In this document: positions 9,342-20,114 of the stretch, one piece after another | Numbering within the stretch: position 1 is the first letter of the stretch | How the letters are laid out: each line of letters opens with the position of its first letter | IMG/VR virus record: IMGVR_UViG_3300029288_005750 | Location: 10,813-74,812 of that record | Reading direction: 5' to 3' (one strand) | DNA: 64,000 bases | Origin: a virus | Lineage: Duplodnaviria; Caudoviricetes | Translations under genes and position numbers: made by a program | Notes under the pieces: generated by a model | Databases searched by the model: none | Told to the model about the DNA's origin: nothing | What the model saw: only the letters and a program-made list of their open reading frames with translations

Positions 9342-11054
9342 ATGGCATTAATATACGACTCAACTAATCATATTTTTTTAAAACAGGAACAACAAAAACA
9401 TTCTGGAATGCCAGCATGTTCTAAAGAAAGTCCAGCGGAATCTTTTTATGTAAATCATTTTATCAACATTTCTCAGGACAGTAATTTATTTTTTGAATTT
9501 GATACTCCTTTATTTTATACGTTAGGTGGAACCATAAATTATTATGGACAAGATTTTTGGTCTATTTTTACAAATATATCTAGACCATTTATTAAATATG
9601 TATTTACAGCCAATACAGAGCATTTTGGAACTGGAACAACAATTGTACATAATGTTTACAGAATTTTATATAAAGATTATTTAGATTATGGAGCTGAGAT
9701 AATAAGAACTAACATTGAACAAAATAAAAATTACACTCTTGAGACTGTAGAAGAAACCGTTGTTGATGATAGTGGAAATTCTAAAACAACTATAACTACA
9801 AAAAAAACATCTTCATCTAGTACTTCCGAAAAGGCAGCCCCTACAAATTTTTCTGAAACAATATCTAATTTAGAAGAACAAGCAGGAGAACAAAATTCGG
9901 AATTAAAAAAAATGTTAAATACTCCGATTTTAACAATTACTGCAACCACTACTGGAATATCATCATCAAATTATATTTTGTTTTTAGATGAATATCAAAA
10001 GAGTATAGGCGATTTTCAACAGCAAATGTTTCAAGATTATGCACAATATTTTATAACAACACAATTTGAATTTAATAGAGAACAAGCAATTGGATTGCGT
10101 GATTTTTATCAATTAAGCTCTGGAAACACACTTACCCCAATTGATTATCAGCAATATTATCAAGAAACTACTCCTGCTAATGGACATATAATAACAGGTG
10201 GTACATTTTCTGGAATTACTGTTTATGGAAATTTTTTTACTTATTTTTTAATTCCAAATAAACCCAATTGGCAAAGTCCATATGTAAAAGGGCAATTGTC
10301 AACTTTTTCTCCAACATTTTTTTGGTCTAATACTAATGATGGGGATAGTTTTTTACTTCAAGTCGTTTATGATTCTGGAGATAGTCAATCTTTTAGTGGA
10401 GTTGTATATTCTTATCCAATAGAAAAATCAAATTCTTTATTAAGTACAAATGATATGCTAGATTTACCAGATGGAGATTGGTCAATAACCAGAAAAACAA
10501 CAGACATAGTAAGAGAATATTCCGTACCGTTAGCATATGGAAAAACATTTTGGTATAGAATAGGGAATGTTAAAGAATTGATAAACATATTTGGGGTAAA
10601 ACAGAAAGTTATATCATTTTCAAGTATAGAAAGTGCAATAACATCTTCAGATACATATAAAGACCAAGTTTATATTCAATCAGATAGCCCACATACAGAA
10701 GATAGTTCAATATTAACTTATCCAGATTATTTAGATGATGATAGTTCAATACTACAAAAATACAACTTAAGTGGTACCGTTTCTGGAAGTGTTATTACTG
10801 GAGCAACAGTAGTACTGGGATATCCTAATGGAAATTATACAACACAGACAACAGATTTACTTGGTAATTATTTATTTACGCAAGTGACTCCTGGAATATA
10901 CGGAATTACTGTGTTTTATACTGGGTATGATACTTATGGACCACTTATGATAAATGTAAGTGGGAACACAATTGTACCAACAATTTATCTTGGTTGGGTA
11001 TGGGGTAATCAAACTGAAACATGGGGGAGCTTAGCAGACCATCTTTTTATTTAA
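9342..11054 (+). CDS. Virion protein with C-terminal carboxypeptidase-regulatory-like (Ig-like) domain
   Basis: LSGTVSGSVITGATVVL...TTQTTDLLGNYLFTQVTPGIYGITVFYTGY pattern. Confidence 0.55.
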   Translation: MALIYDSTNHIFLKQEQQKHSGMPACSKESPAESFYVNHFINISQDSNLFFEFDTPLFYTLGGTINYYGQDFWSIFTNISRPFIKYVFTANTEHFGTGTTIVHNVYRILYKDYLDYGAEIIRTNIEQNKNYTLETVEETVVDDSGNSKTTITTKKTSSSSTSEKAAPTNFSETISNLEEQAGEQNSELKKMLNTPILTITATTTGISSSNYILFLDEYQKSIGDFQQQMFQDYAQYFITTQFEFNREQAIGLRDFYQLSSGNTLTPIDYQQYYQETTPANGHIITGGTFSGITVYGNFFTYFLIPNKPNWQSPYVKGQLSTFSPTFFWSNTNDGDSFLLQVVYDSGDSQSFSGVVYSYPIEKSNSLLSTNDMLDLPDGDWSITRKTTDIVREYSVPLAYGKTFWYRIGNVKELINIFGVKQKVISFSSIESAITSSDTYKDQVYIQSDSPHTEDSSILTYPDYLDDDSSILQKYNLSGTVSGSVITGATVVLGYPNGNYTTQTTDLLGNYLFTQVTPGIYGITVFYTGYDTYGPLMINVSGNTIVPTIYLGWVWGNQTETWGSLADHLFI

Positions 11055-11069
11055 TAAATTGCAAAAAAA

Positions 11070-11945
11070 TTATTGTTGTGATAAATCATTAAAGTTCTGA
11101 TTACGGTTAATGATTGTTCTTTGCTCTTTATAATCAATATTACCATTAGAAAATGTTTTTTTTCTAGTTAATAAATTATATTGTTTATAAAGATTGTTAT
11201 TTTCATCGAATATAGAAAATAAACCTGTTTCCATATCTCTTGTTGAATTCCCGAATACTCCATAACTTATAGTTTTAAGGGTTTGGTCAACCATTTCTAC
11301 TTCTATCATAATTGGGTCAAAAAAAGTATTAGAAACAAGAATCTTTTGCCCAGCTTTTCCAAGGTCTGCTCTTGCAGTATTTGATATTAAACTAACTTCA
11401 TCTGGAGTTAAAGTTAAAAATAAAGATGCGCCATTATCATTTAAAGTGTAACTTGTTGTTGACCCCTGTACTGATTGGGTTGTATTTTGTGCTGGACTTA
11501 CAGGGTCACTACCTGTAATTATTTTATGAAAATTTTTTATTTTTATTCCATTATCATCGAAATACTCTATTTGATATCCTATTAAACTTCCAGTTCCTTG
11601 AAATTGTAATTTTGGAATAACAATTCCTTTTCTAGAAATTTGTATATTTTCGTTTGTCTCTGTTACAATAAAAGAACAATCTATTATATTTGTTTGAAAT
11701 GTTTTTGGTTTTATTAAAACTACATAAAACCCAAGGGCTTTAAAAATAGAAGCAGGTAATTTTAATTTATATGCGCCATCAGCTCCAAACATTTTTGCAA
11801 AATCACCATTCGAAATATTAGAGAATAATGGTTTTAGTTGATTATCTGTAATAGCTTCTCTAGATGGAGAATATGCATACAAAACATCAACATCATTATA
11901 ATCTACATCCGCAAGTTTCTTAGTTCCATAAATTCCTATTGCCAT
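11070..11945 (-). CDS. Conserved-looking phage structural protein
   Basis: 291-aa ORF in baseplate region; upstream TATTTATT at 11960-11967. Confidence 0.5.
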   Translation of the reverse strand: MAIGIYGTKKLADVDYNDVDVLYAYSPSREAITDNQLKPLFSNISNGDFAKMFGADGAYKLKLPASIFKALGFYVVLIKPKTFQTNIIDCSFIVTETNENIQISRKGIVIPKLQFQGTGSLIGYQIEYFDDNGIKIKNFHKIITGSDPVSPAQNTTQSVQGSTTSYTLNDNGASLFLTLTPDEVSLISNTARADLGKAGQKILVSNTFFDPIMIEVEMVDQTLKTISYGVFGNSTRDMETGLFSIFDENNNLYKQYNLLTRKKTFSNGNIDYKEQRTIINRNQNFNDLSQQ

Positions 11946-12000
11946 AATTAAGATTTTTAAATAAATAACTAGAAATAATTTTTTTAATTTTTATATTTTA

Positions 12001-13266
12001 TTAATCATATTCAATTCCATTATTACCATTTTGTTCCCATACTATTTCTATTGTAACTATTTTGTCAGAAGGATTGAATTCTAATAAATTAGAAGTTAAA
12101 AATGGAGAGCTAATAATAGCACCAATATTTGGATTATCTGGAGGAGTTGGCGACATATTATTAATCATAGAAAAAGTAAAAGCTTCCCCATTTTTTCTTA
12201 TACTGTTAACTGTCCACCCAGTTGTACTTGCTATATATCCTCCATTTCCGTCTGGTATTGGGTCTCCTGGAATACATTCAATTTTTTTAAATCCTGCATT
12301 ACATCCAACATTTTTAAATTGGTCTCCATATTTTTCATCAAATATAACGTCATTAGTTTGATTTACTCCAATAAATTTAATTGTGGGACCTATTAAATTG
12401 TAAAATACTGGATGCCCTCCAGGTGGTCTGGACATAAATTTTTGTTTTACTATTAATATCGCACCTTGTTCGTATCTTAAAGTCATAGATTTGTTTTCAT
12501 TCATTATAAGTGTATAGCTATTTTGTTCAAGTGTTGGGTCTATAATTTGTTTTTCATTATTTATAACAAACTCCACCAAATTAAACGATTCGAAATTGGG
12601 TGGTAAAGTTGGAGATATAACAGTCTGTAAAACAAATAATGTTACAGATTCTCCTTCATGGTATTTATTTCTTAATGGGAAAATATCTATTATTGGTATA
12701 GAATCAATTCCAGGTGCTATTCCAGAACAAGTAATAAAATTTTTTATGTATGTAAGTGAATATGGAGTAATCTCTGACAGTATTGCTTTTACAAAAGTGT
12801 TTTGCTTAATGTTAATTTGAAATGTATTTCCTGTTGTGGTAACCGCCCCTTCTTTAAAGTTGTTTATTGAAAATCCTTTAAAATTCCAATAAGATGAAGT
12901 ACTTAAATTAATCCCAGAAATTATTTCTTCTGCCCTAAATAACGTATCATTAGGAAAAACCTCTACATTTATATTATTTGTTGGAGCAGTAGTAAATGTG
13001 TTACCACCATCTGGAATTAAACCAATAGAAAAATTAAAAGTATATTCTTCTGGTATAGGACAAGCGCCATTGCTAGAAAAAGGAATAATAAAATTGGGAG
13101 AATTAGGGGTATTTTCTTCTATTTTACCAGTTGGTTGTTCATTTATTTTATATACTTCATATATCTCACTAAATATATAATTTCCAGTATTATATGTACC
13201 AACATTTCTTCCACGGAACAAAGCATTGGATATTTCACAGGTCTTCGTGTTTTCATTTCCAATCCA
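12001..13266 (-). repeat. Copy A of ~1.25-kb intragenomic duplication (copy B 14780..16030)
   Basis: Long near-identical DNA stretches, e.g. ctgttaactgtccacccagttgtactt and gtctggtattgggtctcctggaa; both proteins end GNNGIEYD*. Confidence 0.95.
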
Positions 13267-14226
13267 TATTTTAGTATTATCATATACAATATCTGACCAA
13301 TATTCATTTTCGTTAATCATAAAATTGGGGTCAATAAAACATTGAATAAGTTGTGTGGTATTGCTTAAACTTGAAAAGCTTTCTTGCTGAGAAATAGATT
13401 CAACGCCAGGAGTTTTTATAAAAGAATTATCAAAGCTCTTTTCGCTTGTACCTTTTAAATTGTTTAAATAATCTTTATGTCTTAATATATCAGTTAAATT
13501 TTGAGAATAAACAGTATTGCTACTAAGGGATTTATTGACAATATTATTACATGCCTCAAAAGCTATTCTTGCTGTTTGTGTAAATCTTTTTAGTAAAAAG
13601 ACATTTATAAAATAATTTTCGCCTTCTGTTGGAATGTCGACTAATTTTTCTTCAGCATTTGTGTTTCTATCTCCATTATATACATCTAAAACTGCATTAG
13701 TAAATGGAAATTTTATTGGAGAGTTTGCTGGGGTAGTTGAATTTGGTTTTTTCCAAAAATAATAATTATCAAAAACATTTTGTTTTATAAATTTGTGCCC
13801 ATCTCCATCTAATAACTGATTTCTAATTGAATTATTAAAAATATCTGGATTTGCAGAATAATTAGAATTAACTCCTCTTAAAATAGAAGTGTTATAAAAA
13901 CTGTTAAAAGAATCTGCCAATTTTTCGTCATCATAAAAAACTGCCTTAAATTGTGCTGTTGGAATAAAAGTATTTGCTGCTTTATTGTCTATTAATGCCG
14001 CATTCATTAAAGTGGAGGAAGTTAGAAAAGAATAATATGCTTTAACAACCTTCTGATTGCTTTCATTTGTTAAGAAAGCTCTTATGTTTGAAAAATCTAC
14101 TATTTTTTCTTCTTGATTAGTTTGGTTCAAATAATAATTATCTATATATTTCAAATTACTTTCAATAAGTGAATTTGAAGTTCCTGTAAATAATTTATTT
14201 TGTAATATATAATAATTTTGTTCCAT
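12001..14226 (-). CDS. Virion protein with duplicated C-terminal module (InlB B-repeat-like domains)
   Basis: C-terminal ~420 aa closely paralogous to 14780..16672; YxxGxxV/I...F.GF...N..I.A repeats. Confidence 0.55.
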   Translation of the reverse strand: MEQNYYILQNKLFTGTSNSLIESNLKYIDNYYLNQTNQEEKIVDFSNIRAFLTNESNQKVVKAYYSFLTSSTLMNAALIDNKAANTFIPTAQFKAVFYDDEKLADSFNSFYNTSILRGVNSNYSANPDIFNNSIRNQLLDGDGHKFIKQNVFDNYYFWKKPNSTTPANSPIKFPFTNAVLDVYNGDRNTNAEEKLVDIPTEGENYFINVFLLKRFTQTARIAFEACNNIVNKSLSSNTVYSQNLTDILRHKDYLNNLKGTSEKSFDNSFIKTPGVESISQQESFSSLSNTTQLIQCFIDPNFMINENEYWSDIVYDNTKIWIGNENTKTCEISNALFRGRNVGTYNTGNYIFSEIYEVYKINEQPTGKIEENTPNSPNFIIPFSSNGACPIPEEYTFNFSIGLIPDGGNTFTTAPTNNINVEVFPNDTLFRAEEIISGINLSTSSYWNFKGFSINNFKEGAVTTTGNTFQINIKQNTFVKAILSEITPYSLTYIKNFITCSGIAPGIDSIPIIDIFPLRNKYHEGESVTLFVLQTVISPTLPPNFESFNLVEFVINNEKQIIDPTLEQNSYTLIMNENKSMTLRYEQGAILIVKQKFMSRPPGGHPVFYNLIGPTIKFIGVNQTNDVIFDEKYGDQFKNVGCNAGFKKIECIPGDPIPDGNGGYIASTTGWTVNSIRKNGEAFTFSMINNMSPTPPDNPNIGAIISSPFLTSNLLEFNPSDKIVTIEIVWEQNGNNGIEYD

Positions 14227-14228
14227 TG

Positions 14229-14765
14229 CTATTTATTTATAGATATTGGAAAATAAAAAGATTTAGAAACTATGCTATGTGAATTTTTTTCAATTTTTTC
14301 TAGTTTATCTAATCCATTCTCTTCTTGCTTTTTTCCTGTAACATCATTAACAGTAGTAGTTATTTCATTGATAAGTATATTATATCCAATTTCATCAAAC
14401 CAAGAATAAACATCTGAATAATTTTTTATTGAATTTGCATAATTTTGATTTAAATAAATTATCATTTCTGAAGTTAAATCATTTTTGTTATTAATTTTTA
14501 TTCTCTTTACTGAACTAAAAAAATCAAAATCAATATAAAATGGATTAATTGTTTGTTTATCAATTTTAAATACTTTTTCATCTCTTTTTACATCAACATA
14601 TTCAAACAATTCACAAGTTTTAGTTAAAAAAATATTTATATAATAATCTCTTTTACGATTGAACGTTTCTCTTTCATAAACATCTTTGTTAGATTTTGTA
14701 CTTATAACAGGCATATCTTTTTCAAGATATATTTTTCTTTTTATATAATTTTTATTTAAATTCAT
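14229..14765 (-). CDS. Hypothetical protein
   Basis: 178-aa ORF tightly packed between the paralogues; DYYINIFLTK resembles NYFINVFLLK in 12001..14226. Confidence 0.5.
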   Translation of the reverse strand: MNLNKNYIKRKIYLEKDMPVISTKSNKDVYERETFNRKRDYYINIFLTKTCELFEYVDVKRDEKVFKIDKQTINPFYIDFDFFSSVKRIKINNKNDLTSEMIIYLNQNYANSIKNYSDVYSWFDEIGYNILINEITTTVNDVTGKKQEENGLDKLEKIEKNSHSIVSKSFYFPISINK

Positions 14766-14779
14766 AATTCTACATTTTA

Positions 14780-16030
14780 TTAATCATACTCGATTCCATT
14801 GTTTCCATCTTGTTGCCATATTATTTCTATCACAACTGTTTCATCGGAAGAATTAAAATCCAGCAAATTTTGAGTTGGGAATGGTGACATAATAATAGCA
14901 CCAACATTTGGGTTGTCTGGAGGATTTGGCAATGTATTGTTAATTATAGAAAATGTGAGATTTTCTCCATTTTTTCTTATGCTGTTAACTGTCCACCCAG
15001 TTGTACTTACTATATATCCTCCATTCTCGTCTGGTATTGGGTCTCCTGGAACACACTCAATCCTTTTAAATTCTGCATTACATCCAGCGCTTTTAAATTG
15101 GTCTCCAAATTTTTCATCAAATATAATATCATTTGTTTGATTTACTCCAATAAATTTAACTGTGGGACCTATTGAATTATAAAATGTTGGATGCCCCCCA
15201 GGTGATTTAGGCATAAATTTTTGCTTTACTATTAATATTGTACCTTGTTCATATTTAAAATACATGATTTTATCTTCAGTCATTGTAAAATTAAATGTTT
15301 GTCCTCCCAATTGAGTTGGATATATTTTCTGTTCTATTCCGTTTATAGTAAATAATGTTAATCTATATGGAAATGTAGAAGCTTCAATTCTTTGTAATAC
15401 ACTGAATGATACGGGCTCTCCATTATAGTATTTTTTCCTATCAGGCACTAAATTATCGATTATGGGAACAGAATTAATTCCAGGTGTAAAAACTCCGCTA
15501 CAATTAATGAAATCTTTTGTATATATAATTGAATATGGAGTAATTTCTGACATTATTGCTCTTATAACAGTGTTCTCTCTAATACTAATTTTGAATGTTT
15601 CATCTGTTGTGGTAATACTTTTGTTATTTATTGCAAAACCTTCGAAATTCCAATAAGATGAAGTATTAAGATTTGCTCCAGAAATTACTTCCCCTTCTCT
15701 AAATAATGTGTCATTAGGAAAAACTTCTGTTTTTACATTATTTATCGGAGCCGTAGTAAATGTATTATCATTAGTTGGTGTTAAAACAACATGAAAATTA
15801 AAAGTATACTCTTCTGGTATAGGACAAGCGCCATTACTAGGAAAAGGAGCAATGTAATTAAGAGAGCTAGGAATGTTTTCTTCTGCTTTCCCAGTTGGTT
15901 GTTCATTTATTTTATACACTTCTATTACTTCCCCGAATGTATGATTTCCAGTATTATATACGCCAACATTTCTTCCACGAAATAAAGCGTTAGACATTTC
16001 ACAGGTTTTTGTATTTTCATTTCCAATCCA
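14780..16030 (-). repeat. Copy B of ~1.25-kb duplication
   Basis: Aligns to 12001..13266 from WIGNENTKTCE to the stop codon. Confidence 0.95.
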
Positions 16031-16672
16031 TTTTGTTGATTCATCTATAATATGCAAATTTTTTTTAATCCAATGTTTATTATAAAAAAAATCAAAATCA
16101 TTATTAATTTCAGTAACATTGCCATCACAATCTGTTACGGCCTCATTGAGACCATATTTTAATTGTTCAACTATTTTTTTTCCTGTTTGATTTAAAGTTA
16201 AAGTAGTAAAAATTAATTGCTGATTAACAACGTATTCAATATAATCATTTGGAGGAAGTGTCTCTATTTTCAGCCACACTGAGCATCCACTAAAAGTAAT
16301 AGGAATATTATTAATAATATATTTGCCTCTTAATTTACTATATATATTCATAAAAGGCATATATTTATTAATTATATGATTAGAATATGTTGTGCATAAA
16401 TAATCTTGCGAACTTAAACTTGGAGATTGATATACTGTTATTTTTAAATTATCACAATTCCAAGAATATGAATCTATTGCTCCATATATAATAAAATTTC
16501 TACTTTCATTTCTTTCTTGGTCATAAAATTTAGTTAAATCAAAAATATTATCATATTTATATGGGATAATTTCCTTGTTATCTCTTGAAAGGTTTATATC
16601 AACATAAAAGTCCTCCAGATTTCTGGATAAAATATCTTTGTTTCCTAATAATATTTTTTTTCTTATATCCAT
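14780..16672 (-). CDS. Virion protein with duplicated C-terminal module
   Basis: N-terminal YDQERNESRNFIIYGAI region unique; C-terminal ~415 aa paralogous to 12001..14226. Confidence 0.55.
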   Translation of the reverse strand: MDIRKKILLGNKDILSRNLEDFYVDINLSRDNKEIIPYKYDNIFDLTKFYDQERNESRNFIIYGAIDSYSWNCDNLKITVYQSPSLSSQDYLCTTYSNHIINKYMPFMNIYSKLRGKYIINNIPITFSGCSVWLKIETLPPNDYIEYVVNQQLIFTTLTLNQTGKKIVEQLKYGLNEAVTDCDGNVTEINNDFDFFYNKHWIKKNLHIIDESTKWIGNENTKTCEMSNALFRGRNVGVYNTGNHTFGEVIEVYKINEQPTGKAEENIPSSLNYIAPFPSNGACPIPEEYTFNFHVVLTPTNDNTFTTAPINNVKTEVFPNDTLFREGEVISGANLNTSSYWNFEGFAINNKSITTTDETFKISIRENTVIRAIMSEITPYSIIYTKDFINCSGVFTPGINSVPIIDNLVPDRKKYYNGEPVSFSVLQRIEASTFPYRLTLFTINGIEQKIYPTQLGGQTFNFTMTEDKIMYFKYEQGTILIVKQKFMPKSPGGHPTFYNSIGPTVKFIGVNQTNDIIFDEKFGDQFKSAGCNAEFKRIECVPGDPIPDENGGYIVSTTGWTVNSIRKNGENLTFSIINNTLPNPPDNPNVGAIIMSPFPTQNLLDFNSSDETVVIEIIWQQDGNNGIEYD

Positions 16673-16692
16673 ATCTTAATTTTTAAATATTA

Positions 16693-19600
16693 TTAATATT
16701 GAGAATCAACTAATTGACAAAGAGGAGTTTCCCATTGTGCACCATATTGTATTCTTACAAGTGGATATCCAGTAATCCAATCTCCATTCGGATTATGTCT
16801 TTGTCCTTTAGACCAATATAGTTCCATTGCACCACCATTATTTAATCTTCCAGTTGTATCAGTATTGCGATATGTATATGATGTTCCATCTGAATAAGCC
16901 GCCATATTATCTTGTTTTCCAGGATTACAGAATATTCCATTTATATTAAGTATATCACCATCACGTTCACGCATACTATTTGTATCTTTTAGCCATCCAT
17001 AATTATCAAAATTTTCATAATAATAAATATATACAGCTCTCCATATAGTATTTGCATTATATACACTACCACGAGTAGAGTCAGTCGCATCAAATATGCA
17101 ATTAACATTACATTTATCTTTAATTGGAATTTCATGAATTTTTTGCCCACTTCCATATCCAGGCCATGCAGCTGAAACTTTAAAGGTTATAGATGTCTTT
17201 GTATATTTATTATTAGTTTCATCATAAGAATAATTACCTTTTGCCAATATACTAAAATTTATCATACTCTTTCGAATTGCAGCTGGATTAATTGAGCCAT
17301 AATTTCCGTTGAAGAAGACTAATGATTGCCCAACTTCTATAGTGTGAGAAGTATCAGTATCTCCGTTCGAATAAATTGTAATATGTAATGGGGCTTCTCC
17401 TGTATTTTTAATTTCTAAATTTACAAAATATTCTTCATTATTATAACTTCCTATAATATCACTATGATGTGGTCTTACTCTTTCATTTTCATCCCTGGAC
17501 ACTGTGAATCTAAATTCCTCGATAATAAAATAGGTATAAGTAGGAACAACAGGCTGTATAGTATCATAAGACACTCTAGAAGAACCTTCAATTATTCTAT
17601 ATATATTTAATTTATCGTTAATCAAAGGTTGAGCAATATCTTTTTTACTTAAATCCATTGAGATTCTTTTTCCACGATTTAAAACAGAATATGAATTGTA
17701 TTGATTTACTTTAGGAATTAAATTCCACCATCCTGACATTGTTAAATCTTCAATTGATGAATATCCCTTATTATATACTTCTGGGTAGTTTACTAAATCT
17801 ACTTGTGTTAATAAAAGAGCTATTAATCCAGTTGGAACTGGGGCTAATCTTGGCATACTAGATGGAAATAAATAATATCCATATCCAGCCTCTAAACGTT
17901 GGTATTTTTCTGCACTTAAAACAGTTGATGTAGCTCCAACCCCACCATTAAAATTGTCTATCCCATTAAAATATCCATTTGCATAACATCCAAAATACTG
18001 ATTTTGTCCAAATTGTCCAGCTCCAATTGGTTCATATCTATACATATCAGTATTTATTGCACCTCCAATAACATCAGTTGCAAAATCAGTATATTGCTCT
18101 ATTCCGCCCATCCATGATATTCCCCATCCATTATAACCTCCATCTAACCAAGAATGCCCTGGAATTAAGTCCCCATCTGCAAATCTTGGAGATTCCAAAT
18201 TAGGTCTTTCAATTCCATAATAATTTGTAAAATTTTCTATTTTGGGTGGTTTTGGAATGGAATATGGCTCTGGATAATTTTTACTCCATGCTTTTTCATA
18301 TGGAAATTTATTTAAATTAACTCCTTTCCCCCATGCAGAATTAGAATTATCAGATGATTCATTAATGCTTAAACTATAAATTTCTTCATATAACGAACAA
18401 TGGAAATGGTCCCTATCATACCACCCCCTTTCATTGTTTGCAGAAACTAAAGCCATTCCAGTTGTTCTATATAATTCAGTTTCTTTTGTTAAAAATATTT
18501 TCAATTGATAACCCCCCAACCAAACTCCTCTTAAGTATGGACTATTTTGTGGCTCTCCAAATTTATTTGTTTTATACCCCTCATCATCATAAATATTTGC
18601 AGGAAGTTTAATTCCATGAAATCCGTATGTATAAAAAGATGCTTTATCTTTAATTTGAGAAAATTCATTAGCCCATTCCCATTGTTGTTCAGAATTTTTA
18701 TCAAGTATATTCTGAATTTCTACCATTTGAATTCTTTTTGATGGGTAAACTTCCATTTTATCAGAAATAGTTTCAGCATTTTCAAGTTTTTTTATATCAT
18801 ATCTACTCATATCTCTAACTTGAACTGTTAAAGGCGCTCTGGAAATTTCTTGATATGCTGAACTATCAATAGGATTTCCTTTATATGTAATTGGAGGAAA
18901 TATGTAAGTAATCCATTTTCTTAAATCTAAATTAATTGAAATATTTACTTCTGTATATCCAGTTTGGAAGGAATCTCCCCAACTTGGTACAACGTCTATT
19001 GGAATTGCTCGATAAAAATAATGTGGAATAGTATCTATAGATATATTTTCAAAATTTGGTGGATATGGAAAAAAATTTAAAGCTACTTCATCTTTTGTAA
19101 GCCCTTGTTTTAGCAAATCAACTTCAAAAAATAGCATTTGTGGGCCAGTTTCTATGTTGTGTAATATAAATTCTCCATTTTCATTAGTATATACCACATT
19201 AACAAAAGTTGGATGTAAATTAATTCCATCTAAAGGTGCTCTTTTTAAAAATTGATTATCAAATGATACAGATTCTGAATTAAAATAATATGATGAATAT
19301 TCTGTTGTATAAGTGTCTTCAGTAGATTTTAATGGCCTAAAATTTAATCTTATTCTATTTCCTTCATTATCTAAATCATTTACAGTTTGAAAATCTGTAG
19401 ATGAAACAAATATCCCTACAGGGACATTTCTTAGGGGGATTCTAATTTTATTCCCATTTGTGTCTGATATTTTTTGTATTGCTTCTAATTTACCAAAAAC
19501 TACTCCAGTTGTTGATTCTCTAGTTGAATATTCTCCAGAAACTTTATTGTATATATTTAGAGTATCTAAAACGTCAAAAGTTCTTTCTAATTTAATATTT

Positions 19601-20073
19601 GCATATAAATCATCCAATAATGTTTCTTCAAAAAAAACATATGATGTAGTTCCAGCAGTAAATTGAGTTTCCATGGAACTTAAAAACCTGTTTCTTATAG
19701 AATTTGTTTGTAATGAAGAAGGTGGTAAATCATAAATTTGAGTAAATGTTCTACCTGAAATATAATTTAAATTTGGGAATAATGTATCTTGTACATAATC
19801 CATTCTTGCTTCTGAATCATTATAATTTTTTTGATGGGTATTCCTTTTCCACAAAACAGTAAAAGTATTCTGTTCTACAGACACACTTTCAGTATTTTTA
19901 ATTAAAGATACCCCATCAAAAGTATTAAGTTCTATTGGAATATTTTTTGTTGAATTAAGTTTTATAACAGCAGGAATAGTAGATATAGAATAATTATTTT
20001 CATTAATATCTGTATTAAAAAAATGAACGGTGGTTCCAGTTCTACTTGCTTTTATTAAAATTTCCTCTTGCAT
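16693..20073 (-). CDS. Large virion/baseplate-associated protein
   Basis: 1126 aa; GVVFGKL...IPLRNVPVGIFV...TNENGEFILHNIETG Ig/carboxypeptidase-regulatory-like segment; follows the gp6-like gene. Confidence 0.55.
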   Translation of the reverse strand: MQEEILIKASRTGTTVHFFNTDINENNYSISTIPAVIKLNSTKNIPIELNTFDGVSLIKNTESVSVEQNTFTVLWKRNTHQKNYNDSEARMDYVQDTLFPNLNYISGRTFTQIYDLPPSSLQTNSIRNRFLSSMETQFTAGTTSYVFFEETLLDDLYANIKLERTFDVLDTLNIYNKVSGEYSTRESTTGVVFGKLEAIQKISDTNGNKIRIPLRNVPVGIFVSSTDFQTVNDLDNEGNRIRLNFRPLKSTEDTYTTEYSSYYFNSESVSFDNQFLKRAPLDGINLHPTFVNVVYTNENGEFILHNIETGPQMLFFEVDLLKQGLTKDEVALNFFPYPPNFENISIDTIPHYFYRAIPIDVVPSWGDSFQTGYTEVNISINLDLRKWITYIFPPITYKGNPIDSSAYQEISRAPLTVQVRDMSRYDIKKLENAETISDKMEVYPSKRIQMVEIQNILDKNSEQQWEWANEFSQIKDKASFYTYGFHGIKLPANIYDDEGYKTNKFGEPQNSPYLRGVWLGGYQLKIFLTKETELYRTTGMALVSANNERGWYDRDHFHCSLYEEIYSLSINESSDNSNSAWGKGVNLNKFPYEKAWSKNYPEPYSIPKPPKIENFTNYYGIERPNLESPRFADGDLIPGHSWLDGGYNGWGISWMGGIEQYTDFATDVIGGAINTDMYRYEPIGAGQFGQNQYFGCYANGYFNGIDNFNGGVGATSTVLSAEKYQRLEAGYGYYLFPSSMPRLAPVPTGLIALLLTQVDLVNYPEVYNKGYSSIEDLTMSGWWNLIPKVNQYNSYSVLNRGKRISMDLSKKDIAQPLINDKLNIYRIIEGSSRVSYDTIQPVVPTYTYFIIEEFRFTVSRDENERVRPHHSDIIGSYNNEEYFVNLEIKNTGEAPLHITIYSNGDTDTSHTIEVGQSLVFFNGNYGSINPAAIRKSMINFSILAKGNYSYDETNNKYTKTSITFKVSAAWPGYGSGQKIHEIPIKDKCNVNCIFDATDSTRGSVYNANTIWRAVYIYYYENFDNYGWLKDTNSMRERDGDILNINGIFCNPGKQDNMAAYSDGTSYTYRNTDTTGRLNNGGAMELYWSKGQRHNPNGDWITGYPLVRIQYGAQWETPLCQLVDSQY

Positions 20074-20114
20074 GCTAATGGTTAAAAATAATGTTTTAAA
20101 TAAGCTATTTATAA

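Noticed and set aside
12001-16030. Duplicated C-terminal region as a diversity-generating retroelement TR/VR pair
   Set aside because: Repeat is ~1.25 kb with indels, both copies are coding, mismatches are not adenine-restricted (many synonymous C/T changes), and no reverse transcriptase is in the window
20106-20113. TATTTATA on the plus strand between two minus-strand genes
   Set aside because: Wrong orientation for either neighbour; treated as a chance hit (or antisense promoter) and a caution that the motif occurs by chance in AT-rich DNA
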